A stretch of 64,000 bases of DNA from the NCBI GenBank assembly GCA_051294375.1, contig CM119267.1, forward strand, positions 1,875,448 through 1,939,447, in the 5' to 3' direction. The notes beneath the pieces are model-generated. The model saw only the letters and a program-made list of their open reading frames with translations, was not told where the DNA came from and did not search any database. The stretch's first letter is position 1; every line of letters begins with the position of its first letter. Below are positions 39,865 to 48,530 of this stretch, piece by piece. The DNA is from Paraspadella gotoi. Taxonomy: Eukaryota; Animalia; Chaetognatha. A program made the translations under genes and the position numbers.

Positions 39865-41361
39865 CTAACTCTGTTTACCTTTTATTGAAGACAATCTATC
39901 AAGTTTTATGTAACAAGTCCTAAGTTGTTTTCCGCTTCTTAATGTTAAGATATTACTCTCTACCATTTCCTCTTTTTCTTCAGTTTCACCATTTTCTTCG
40001 CCACAAATCACGCACTCCATCCTTTCATCCTCTTTTTCCGTCTCTTCCACCGTACTGTCTGGATATTCATCTACTTCATCGCAGATTTGAAATTCATTCT
40101 CAACCGCCTTATCAACGCTGTCCTCATCTTCCATTGTATTCGTTAAATTATTCCTAACTTTTTCTATAACTGAGTGTAATCTGACCTTTTTGTCTTCCAC
40201 TTCGTTTTCAATCCCCACCATCTCATTTTCTTGTTCCTTTTCATCTATGATAATTACTCTACTGTTGCCACTTTCTTTGTTGCCGGTGAATAGTCGTGAG
40301 TAATTTTTCATATTCATTTGTAACGATGGAAAAGCAACATCGTTGTTGTTGTTGTTGGTCGCCGTCTCTTGTTGTTGACGCTCCATTTCTTCTAACTTTT
40401 TTTTTTCATTTTCTTCTCTGGCTTTGATCTGACATGTTAATAGTTTTGTAACCTTTCTCTTTTTCTTAAGTAATTCTTTCTTCTGTTCTTTTACCATCTC
40501 TTCCTCTAATTGTATTCTCTTAAGATAATTACTAAACTCATTTTCATAATTTAATGTTTTCATTTGTTTTTCCGTCATTTGTTCCAAGTTTTGTAACGGA
40601 GTGGTTGAAAGAAGTGTAGTAGCAATGGAAGATGGTGAATGATGTATCGTCATTCCTGCTGTTGTTTGCTGAGTTGTTGGCGTTGAAATAATCGCGCTCG
40701 GTTGTTTATCAATTGCGTTTTCTTTTAGAGGTGTTGCTTGATAGTTGTTATTGTTGATGTTCGGCAAAGGATGTCGAACGATAGATGGAGCTGATTGCAA
40801 GATAGATGGAGGTGATTGCAAGATAGTAGGACGAGGCGAAGTAAAAATGATAGATGGCGCTGCTTTCGTTGAATGAGAGAGAGAGATAGATTGAGCAGAA
40901 GGCTGTTTTAATTTTTGAGAAAAGATGATCTGTTTCGTTTGTAAGGTTGCTATCAAGTTCTCTTGTTGCCTAATCTTTTCATTTTGCTGATTAAGCATCA
41001 TTGACTGCTGATTGATTTGTTGAATTTGTTGGTTTTGTATTTTTTTCAAATGCAAAATTTCCTCCTGTCTCATTTCTTCTCTCTTATTAGTTGTAAGGTA
41101 AATTGCAAAGTTTTTACCAATATCTCTCACGCAAGGCGGATTTGTTGGTATAAAACGCCTAGAATTTCTTAATACCATCTCCGTTCCTCCATATATCCCC
41201 CATTGTAAAGTTGGTTGCACCTCGTTTTTAGGGCTTGCGAATACAGGGGTTAGTATCGCGGTATTAAATTCTAGGGGTGAGGCAATAATCGACCCTGATT
41301 CTTGAACCGTCACCTGATTTCCTTGTGCTTCCTTGTTATCTTGTTGTTGTCTGGAATCCAT
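39865..41361 (-). CDS. 498-aa Q/E/K-rich, probably coiled-coil protein of unknown function, head-to-head with the ATPase
   Basis: Long clean ORF of mixed composition. C-terminal CVIC, LRSGK and CYIKLDRL motifs. ATG is 81 bp from the ATPase ATG. Possible donor AG|GTAAAC near the 3' end. Confidence 0.7.
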   Translation of the reverse strand: MDSRQQQDNKEAQGNQVTVQESGSIIASPLEFNTAILTPVFASPKNEVQPTLQWGIYGGTEMVLRNSRRFIPTNPPCVRDIGKNFAIYLTTNKREEMRQEEILHLKKIQNQQIQQINQQSMMLNQQNEKIRQQENLIATLQTKQIIFSQKLKQPSAQSISLSHSTKAAPSIIFTSPRPTILQSPPSILQSAPSIVRHPLPNINNNNYQATPLKENAIDKQPSAIISTPTTQQTTAGMTIHHSPSSIATTLLSTTPLQNLEQMTEKQMKTLNYENEFSNYLKRIQLEEEMVKEQKKELLKKKRKVTKLLTCQIKAREENEKKKLEEMERQQQETATNNNNNDVAFPSLQMNMKNYSRLFTGNKESGNSRVIIIDEKEQENEMVGIENEVEDKKVRLHSVIEKVRNNLTNTMEDEDSVDKAVENEFQICDEVDEYPDSTVEETEKEDERMECVICGEENGETEEKEEMVESNILTLRSGKQLRTCYIKLDRLSSIKGKQS

Positions 41362-41441
41362 TCCTAAAAAAAAATATTAACATATTGCGAGTGATCATAT
41401 ATAATAAATGGTTTTCCTTATATCTTATCATTTTAAAAAAA

Positions 41442-42265
41442 ATGGAATCACTATCGAATAAAAACATTTTTGACGCTAACATAATTACTCCGTTTTGCAT
41501 GTTAGCGGTCGGTTCTTCAAATTCAGGTTCATAGAAACTAGTTAATTATTTATCACTACTTAAAAAACATGTTGTTGTTTTTTTTTACAGGAAAAACTAC
41601 ATTTGTTTCAAATCTCATAAAACACAGCGGGGAGATAGTCGACCAACCATTTGGAAAAATACTAATCTGCCATCAAGCGAACGGAGACAATTATAACAAC
41701 GACAACTTTCCGGCGCCTCTTTCCATCAAGGAGCGCCATCGCTGGAGCAAGTGGAAGATCTTGCCGAAACTCCAAACAGCGTCTTGATCTGCGACGACTT
41801 GGACAACTCGGCCGATCTGAACTACGACCTCTTGCAGCGCATTTTTTGCGTAATCTCGCATCACTCGGTATGACATAAAAATTAATATAAATATCATTAG
41901 ATTGTTGATTAACTTTATTTTTATTGTTTTTTTACTTTAGAGACTAAACTGCATCTTCATACTTCATAATCTTTATTCGAGACAAAATCCAGTTTTGAGG
42001 ACTCTAAATTTAAACGCCTCTTATCTCGTCTTGACCAAGTTCTCCCGCGATCGAAGCGTCTTTCAAGTTTTAGGAAGACAACTGTATCCTGACAAGCCCA
42101 ACCTGCTCGTCGAGTGTTACGTCACAATCAAGAAAACTCGGAACATCAGTTTCCTTATCTATTGATCGATTGTCATCCCCATAGCAAGTCGAAACGTTAA
42201 AGATCAGATCGCGGATCTTTCCCTTCGAGGCGCCCTCTGTTATTTACAGAAGCAAGACGTCGTGA
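41442..42265 (+). CDS. A32/FtsK-like genome-packaging ATPase, 3 exons (introns 41527-41590 and 41868-41940)
   Basis: Spliced: MESLSNKNIFDANIITPFCMLAVGSSNSG|KTTFVSNLIK (Walker A), VLICDDL (Walker B), IFCVISHHS|RLNCIFILHNLYSRQNPVLRTLNLNASYLVLTKFSRD (Polinton ATPase SHH...RTISLNA.Y...RD pattern). Frameshifts near 41730 and 42130-42190. Confidence 0.92.
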
Positions 42266-42639
42266 TGAAGCCACGGAACAATCTGGCCGCCAGAGAGCGT
42301 TTCGCCACCCAGTTTCCGCTTCTAAAAAAAGTTAACAAACTCCCGCGCAAACATCAAAAAGCATTTTGGCGTTCAAAAAAATCGAACGAAGCCTGCGTAT
42401 GTCTCAGCGAAATATGCTTGAACGTTCTCAAGCGTAACATACCGGTAACCGGAAGTCAGTTATCTCGATTACGCCCATATAAGAAGCAGATGCACGCTCT
42501 CTCTCTCAGAAGTTCGCCCATGAAACACCGAAAGCGAATCGTACAAAAAGGAGGCATGTTGTCTACCCTGATTTCCTTACTAGCTCCCTCTATCATCAGC
42601 CTCATCGTCGAAGCGGTCGCCAGAAAGAAAAAGAAATAA
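42265..42639 (+). CDS. Conserved small basic Maverick protein with QKGG followed by a hydrophobic segment
   Basis: CLSEICLNVLKRNIPV...LRPYKKQM...IVQKGGMLSTLISLLAP matches the Maverick EICLNILKGNVP...QxGGFL protein. Its ATG overlaps the ATPase stop (TGATG). Confidence 0.8.
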   Translation: MKPRNNLAARERFATQFPLLKKVNKLPRKHQKAFWRSKKSNEACVCLSEICLNVLKRNIPVTGSQLSRLRPYKKQMHALSLRSSPMKHRKRIVQKGGMLSTLISLLAPSIISLIVEAVARKKKK

Positions 42640-42642
42640 ACG

Positions 42643-43593
42643 ATGTCGTCGAAGCCGTTGAGATACGCGGAGCGCATGTTTCTCGTTTCCGCAAAGGATT
42701 TGAAAAAACTCGGTTACAACGTCCCTCCCACCGTCTCCTCCAATCACATCGTCGATTCCTTCGCCCCTAACCCTTCGCCGATTCCACCCAAGAACGTCAA
42801 CATTCCCGAAGATTGTTACATGGTTGACTTTAACAGCGAGTTTCTCAAGTCTAAGAAGCTCGCGGAGAACTTGGTGGAGAGCGATTGGAGGGGATTGGAA
42901 TCGAGAATATCGCCGCTGATCGAAAACATTAGCAAGGATCGATTGATGCGAAACAGAGACAGAATTAAAAGCGAAATTCTTTCTCTCAATGGAGTAGAGA
43001 TAAAAAAAGATAGAGTTTTCGTGGATGACGTTTCGGTGGGCGACGTCGATGAAATCTCTAATCACTTGTCGTACACAAAGTCCATCTCCCCCGATCAAAT
43101 TCAAAATTATTTGTTTTGGTTGAAAGATCAGAAGCCATCGAAAGAAGATGTCTCTCTCCCCGAGGACGTCAAAGAGATTCCTCAAACTTCGATAAAATTA
43201 GATTCCTCACCCGTCGTTAAAAAATCTGGCGTCATTTCGACGCCGGTTAAAAAGGCGGGAATCTCTCAGACTCCAACCAAGAGAATTAACGCCCTATCTT
43301 CAACGCCGGTCAAGAAANNNNNNNNNNCCGGAACGCCCGTTAAAAGACCGGCGCCGTCTTCACCCGCGGTCACCACTCCGGTTAAGAAGATCTCTACCCC
43401 TACCAGAAGAGAGGAACCGAAAAAGAAGACCGGGAGCCCCTTTAAAAAGAAAGTCACGACAACGACAACGACGTTAAAAAAAGCGCCGACGATCACTTCT
43501 CCGCCCAAAACTAGATCCAGAAAAAAGACGGTAGATACGGAGGATGTCCAACAAAAGAAAAAAGCTCNNNNNNNNNNATACCTCAGTCTCTGA
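42643..43593 (+). CDS. Basic protein with repeated (S/T)PxK/R motifs, putative DNA-condensing core protein
   Basis: 316-aa ORF containing two 10-N gaps, with STPVKK, TPTKR, STPVKK, GTPVKR, TTPVKK, STPTRR, GSPFKKK and TSPPKTR. Confidence 0.7.
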   Translation: MSSKPLRYAERMFLVSAKDLKKLGYNVPPTVSSNHIVDSFAPNPSPIPPKNVNIPEDCYMVDFNSEFLKSKKLAENLVESDWRGLESRISPLIENISKDRLMRNRDRIKSEILSLNGVEIKKDRVFVDDVSVGDVDEISNHLSYTKSISPDQIQNYLFWLKDQKPSKEDVSLPEDVKEIPQTSIKLDSSPVVKKSGVISTPVKKAGISQTPTKRINALSSTPVKKXXXXGTPVKRPAPSSPAVTTPVKKISTPTRREEPKKKTGSPFKKKVTTTTTTLKKAPTITSPPKTRSRKKTVDTEDVQQKKKAXXXXYLSL

Positions 43594-44713
43594 CAAAGAG
43601 AGAAAGAACAAAACGATAGGCGACATTTACTACGACGCGAAACATCCGGCAGGCTTTTCCACCGTATCCAGAGTATTTCAAGCTGCTCGTCGACGAGACC
43701 CATCCATCGTCAAGTCTGACATACAANNNNNNNNNNGCGCCCAAAGAGTATTTACTAATTATAAACGCCCCCCTAAAAAGCTATTCAGAAAATATTACGT
43801 TTTGAGACGAAATTCTGAATTCAGCATCGATTTAGTCGACGTTCAAGCCTTGAAGACCCGTTCCAACGGGTTTGCCTACTTTTTATCTTGCGTAGATGCC
43901 TTTAGCAAATGGGGATGGTGTCGTCCGTTAAAAACAAAGACCGCTTCCGAAGTCGCTTCCGCTTTCGCTTCCATCATTGAAGACAATGGTTTTCAAGCCC
44001 CTGACTTGATAGTCATGGATCGGGGCAGAGAGTGGAGCGGAAACTTTGCCAGATTGATGGAGGCGCTGGAGATCGAGGTCGTATACCCGCCCAGCGGAAT
44101 GAAGGCTCCGTTGGTCGAATCATTCAACTCGACCATAGAATCTTATCTTTACAGAGTCATGTACGCCATGTCCGACTGGAATTTCGTCAAGTATCTTCAA
44201 CCCTGCGTCAGCGCCTACAACGCTCGTCCTCGAGCGTCGCTTTTTGGAATGTCACCTGCCTCGGCCCATCGAGCCTCGAACGAGAACGAACTGAGAGAGA
44301 AGTATTTGAAAGCCCGTCTCGCCCATCGCGCTAAATACGCCGGCCGTCGCCCAATTTTTAAGGTCGGTCAGTCAGTCAAAAGAGTTTTGAAGCGGGGTCC
44401 ATTTTCGCGAGGATACGCTCAACGTTTTCAGGATCAAATTTTTCGCATCTCTCGCGTACAGCGAACGGTGCCTCCAACGTATAAATTAGAAAACTCGCGA
44501 AAGACGTACTACGATCATCAGCTGGTCGCCGCCAAAGAACCTAATCGCCCTCGAGAAAAACGTTACTTTGTAATTAAAACGCGCAAAACCGACGGTAGAA
44601 AATTAAGGTCTGGAAATCGTTCCGGTCAGTCGACCAGCTACTTGGTCAGATCGAGCGACTCGGATCGCGGGCGTTGGATGAGTCAGGAAGATGTCGATCG
44701 CCTCGTTGACTGA
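43544..44713 (+). CDS. Retroviral-type (rve) DDE integrase of Maverick type
   Basis: IYYDAKHPAGFS N-terminal motif; IDLVD, CVDAFSKW, MDRGREW and VESFNSTI supply the D-D-E; FKVGQSV...FSRGY...YKL SH3-like tail; degenerate chromo-like YLVR...W at the C-terminus. Confidence 0.95.
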   Translation: MSNKRKKLXXXXTSVSDKERKNKTIGDIYYDAKHPAGFSTVSRVFQAARRRDPSIVKSDIQXXXXAQRVFTNYKRPPKKLFRKYYVLRRNSEFSIDLVDVQALKTRSNGFAYFLSCVDAFSKWGWCRPLKTKTASEVASAFASIIEDNGFQAPDLIVMDRGREWSGNFARLMEALEIEVVYPPSGMKAPLVESFNSTIESYLYRVMYAMSDWNFVKYLQPCVSAYNARPRASLFGMSPASAHRASNENELREKYLKARLAHRAKYAGRRPIFKVGQSVKRVLKRGPFSRGYAQRFQDQIFRISRVQRTVPPTYKLENSRKTYYDHQLVAAKEPNRPREKRYFVIKTRKTDGRKLRSGNRSGQSTSYLVRSSDSDRGRWMSQEDVDRLVD

Positions 44714-45716
44714 TTCCGACTTTTACGTCATGATGAGTAGCGACGGAGTCGATGACAGCTTCGTAGAGGGCAACGTCAGCGGAGATTTTCGTCTTCGTTT
44801 ACCGGATCCCATTCAACTGGACGGCGGAGTTTGGGAATGCGCCTTATTAGAATTCAGTTACATTAATCATATCTATAATGTACTCAACCCTGAGGAAAAC
44901 TATATATTAATTTTCGACTGGCTTTACAAAATATCCGACGACCCGCCCATCCCAATTTGGGGAAATTTCACCTGGATTAAAATCCCTAATGGCAACTATC
45001 GAACCGGCGATCAACTCTGTCAAACTTTGAACAAATTATTGACAAAAGCGGTTCCTCGCCTCAACGACGTNNNNNNNNNNAATTCCATCAACAGAAAAAT
45101 ATCGTACAAGATCGCCAACGAGTACGTCACCTTAAAAATTGTCGGCCCCGTTCTCTTTCTCATGGGAGTTAACACGGAACCCGCGAATGAAAAATACTTC
45201 ATAATTGGTAAAACGAAACGGGGTGATAAGTACGATTATCAATACGTCAACACCGACGGAAAGACGGTCAAGGAAATNNNNNNNNNNGACAATCCAAATG
45301 TCGTTTTAGTCAGCGCTAATGACGACAAGGATGGGGAGATGGAGTTGGTGGTGCAAATGGAAATAAGCACGGCCCTGATGGTATATTGCAACTTCCTTCG
45401 ACGTTGGAGAGTCAGCAATTCTTACAGCTCTTTATTGAAGATTGTGCCCCTAGAAAGACCCAAGGAAGAAGAAGCCCCATCTCGCAAACTGTTTCACATC
45501 AAATCGCCCATATATTTGGAAGTGGAAAGGAAGCACTTGGACGTCCTGCACATGTCCATCAAAAATTTCTTTGGTCAAACCATAGTTTTTCAAGTGAGTC
45601 TAGGCATTTTTTTTTCTATAAAAACTCAAAGTTATTAACTTTTTTTTTTATTTCAATCGCAGGAAGGATTGACTTGGGCCTTACTTCATTTCCGTCGAAA
45701 AATACCGAGATATTAA
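44691..45716 (+). CDS. Minor capsid protein (penton, PX), 2 exons (intron 45594-45662)
   Basis: FYVMMSS...GNVSGDFRLRLPDPIQLDGGVWECALLEFSY, IPNGNY, LMVYCNF, LLKIVP and PIYLEV. Splicing CAA|GTGAGT...CGCAG|GAA adds EGLTWALLHFRRKIPRY*, restoring the terminal LHFRR motif. Confidence 0.9.
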
Positions 45717-45724
45717 AAAAAAAA

Positions 45725-46216
45725 ATGTCGGACATAAACTTTCTCCATTTACCGTTTCATCGATCCGCTCCCTCTAGAGGCGCCGTCTATCCTCTTCGTC
45801 GTCTGGCGCCTTCTCATCCGTATCAAGCGGTGGGCGGGGGAGTGTCGAACGTTTTCGCTCGTTTAGCTAAATTTATAGTACCGTTCTTTAAAAAGGGAGT
45901 ATCTTTGGTCAAACCGGCTATTAAAGCGGCCGCACCAGCGGTGAAAAAAACTTTGAAACGAACCGGCGACGCCTTAGCCAAGGAAGCCGTTTCTTCTGGC
46001 ATTTCCGCCTTGACCGACTTAACGACCGGACAGTCGCCTAAGAAATCTATAAAGAGAGGAGCGGATCGCGCCAAGGGAGTGGTCAAGGATAATCCTAACC
46101 GCACCAAGCGTTCGACTGTCAGAAGGCCTTGTGACGGCGCACTCCACGCCTGCTTTGGAACAAGAGAGCCCGTCAATAATAAAAAAAAAAAAAATAAAAA
46201 AACAATACTTAATTAA
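45725..46216 (+). CDS. pVI/cupiennin-like amphipathic basic virion protein
   Basis: YQAVGGGVSNVFARLAKFIVPFFKKG...KRTGDALAKEAVSSGISALTDLTTGQSPKKSIKR matches the Maverick QxGxG...LFR...P..K.G...DVL.G...K.S pattern. 3' end uncertain. Confidence 0.75.
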   Translation: MSDINFLHLPFHRSAPSRGAVYPLRRLAPSHPYQAVGGGVSNVFARLAKFIVPFFKKGVSLVKPAIKAAAPAVKKTLKRTGDALAKEAVSSGISALTDLTTGQSPKKSIKRGADRAKGVVKDNPNRTKRSTVRRPCDGALHACFGTREPVNNKKKKNKKTILN

Positions 46217-46325
46217 CCAAGGCAAGACGCTCTCTCAACAAGGGAAAAACGGCAAAGGATCAAGAAAAAAACGTAAAAAGATTTAACTCCTCGCTTCAAA
46301 AATATCCTTTATTAATAAAAAAAAG

Positions 46326-48047
46326 ATGGAAGATAAACTTTTTCGCGCGGGCAGGCATTAAGAGAGGCCGAGCCTTGCGTGGAAGAGCGCCCCTGAACGT
46401 CTTCGAAGGCGTCTCACTAATCCATCCTTATACTTAACCTATCCCATACCACTCTCTGCTCTCCTGATCTGCGACACTAATCAGCATGCGATCGACATGC
46501 ATCCTCACTGTCTACGTACTAACAAATCTAACGCCGTACTGTCAAGGGAATACGATGCGGTCTACCACATTACTAATTCACTGTACGAATCGCCGCAGCA
46601 TCACACCTCCCGACTGCGCCCTAACAAGAAGCACCGGCCCTACAGTACGTCCCATCCCTCACTGTTTCACGGGCAACGAGGCCGTTGTATCACGAGAGCA
46701 GTCCCTATCACGCGTTAGTTTCTGCGACCAATTCGCTGTGACATCGCCGAACAGCAATACCATTCTTGTTCGATCTTCCTCCCTGCAGCGAGTTTTCTAG
46801 ATATGAACGGATCTTTTTTTCATCGTCGATCTCTCGATAACTACAAGGCCGGATGCGCAAATTCCGCGAAGTAACAGACGCCGCCACTAGCGTTGGCTAT
46901 AATCAATAACGTTTTCTTCTTCGATCTTTGAAAGCGTGACCTTTAAAATACAATTCCAGAAAACCTGAGCGATAATTTTCACCTACGCCTTTTCCTCATA
47001 CTTCAACACGGCTTCTCAATTAACTCGTGCGGAGGCTCAAGCTAAGTTATCCGTCGGGATGGGATCTGGACGACAATTTTCGCGGCGAACGAAGCTGCAG
47101 GCCGCCGGCAACAAATTCCGCCTTCAAGACACGCTCTCAATGGTTTGGCCGCGAAATTTGGTCAGGTTGATCGGATTCGTCAATCACGCGGCATGTGGAA
47201 TCAAAATAAATTACTGGGATTCCGCAAGTCAACGCCTCTCTCGACGTTTGTTCGTAACAAAGATAATTTTGTGTCTACTTAACGCGGGGCGACCACCCTC
47301 GGACTTTAAGTTGAATCTGAAACAAATGAGGCTCTACTGAGAAAAGTTGGTGTTTACCTTCGATCAATTGAGTATTCGAACGCCGAACTCGCCACTCAGA
47401 GCCGCCAAGTATACGTTGCGATCTAACTCGACTCGCGCATTACCATAGCGGCGGTCGATGAGAAGACGGCGCCAGTTCGAATCGGTTTTCCCCTTCCAAC
47501 ATTTTTCCAGATTTCATACTCTGTTGCTTCATCGAGACCGAAAACTACCATCGGAAGCTTTCGCTAAAAATCCTTTAATTTTGAAAACTTTTCCTTCAAT
47601 CTCTCGAAGCTGGTCGTCGAGTCGGAAATCTACCTCCAATTGGCATTTGGCATAGTCGTTGAGTTTCTCCAAGACCTCCAAGGAGAGAGGACTTCGCCCT
47701 CGCCTATTACCATCTTTTCGAGTCGGACCTTTCTAAAATTGAACGTGGTTTGCCCATAACTCAAAAGATGTTCGCCGACGGGGGGTACGCCATATACGTC
47801 ATGTCCAACGTCCGGTAAACGGACCGTTTCGCCGATCACCGTGCTCCCCGACAGATCGTCAATTCGCGGATCGAGGTTGTTGATGTTTCTTCGGCCGATA
47901 CACTAATCAGCTTGCCCCGCTCTCTGCTATCTACATGGTAAAGCCCTATTCTCACAGACATACAAAAGCTTGACCCTCCTTCTTGTTCAGCGAGATAAGC
48001 GGCACGTATTTCGCTGGATTCACGCGTCAGGCTCACCAAAGACTTTT
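46326..48047 (+). pseudogene. Major capsid protein (PY), heavily frameshifted as assembled
   Basis: Lies between the pVI-like gene and the protease. Fragments IINNVF/SSIFESVT (~46900-46940) and YAFSSYF (~46985) correspond to NNxLxSLF.V and YPYRAY. C-terminal LFSEISGT-like stretch near 47985. ATG follows an A-run at 46326. Confidence 0.65.
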
Positions 48048-48057
48048 AAAAAAAAAA

Positions 48058-48530
48058 ATGGATTCGAGTCGGATGAATAAAATTGACCGCAGTCGGATCC
48101 TCTACGGTAGCGCAATCTACGGTGGCATTTTTGCGCCTCTATACTACTCCCCCCCTCAGTCGAACCGTCGATCGTCTTTACGAATTTGGACCCCGATTAA
48201 ATTTGAGGCTCGCATTGGCTTATTGTTTGCAATGCCGACGAGCATAGATACTTCGTCATGGACGCTTCGGGCGATTCGCGCGATCGATTTAAACCCCCCC
48301 CCTTATCTTTCGCCGATCGAATAAAAAACCATAGTTTATTCCAACGTGGGTCATTCAGTCGGAACAAACTCAAACTTGCTTCGCTCATTGTCTTGGTCTT
48401 TTTACTCTTTCTGGCTAGAGGGATGTCGGCCGAGAGGGATCGTCGAGGAGGTCTACGATTTATCCCCGGGTCACGGATACCATGGAACACGATTTTAATC
48501 GCCACTCTACTGAATCAGATCGTTTGGACG
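48058..48530 (+). pseudogene. Adenain-like (C5) maturation cysteine protease, frameshifted as assembled
   Basis: Fragments YGGIFA, HWLIVC (~48213), RYFVMDASG (~48246) and WVIQSEQTQTCFAHCL (~48347-48395) give H-D-Q-C in adenain order. End approximate. Confidence 0.75.

Noticed and set aside
42580-43703. Antisense ORFs 42580-43185(-) and 43266-43703(-)
   Set aside because: Shadows of the + strand genes with no independent motifs.
43544-44713. LTR retrotransposon or Ginger integrase
   Set aside because: No RT, RNase H, gag or LTRs nearby; the YYDxxxP N-terminus and capsid/ATPase neighbours indicate a Maverick integrase.
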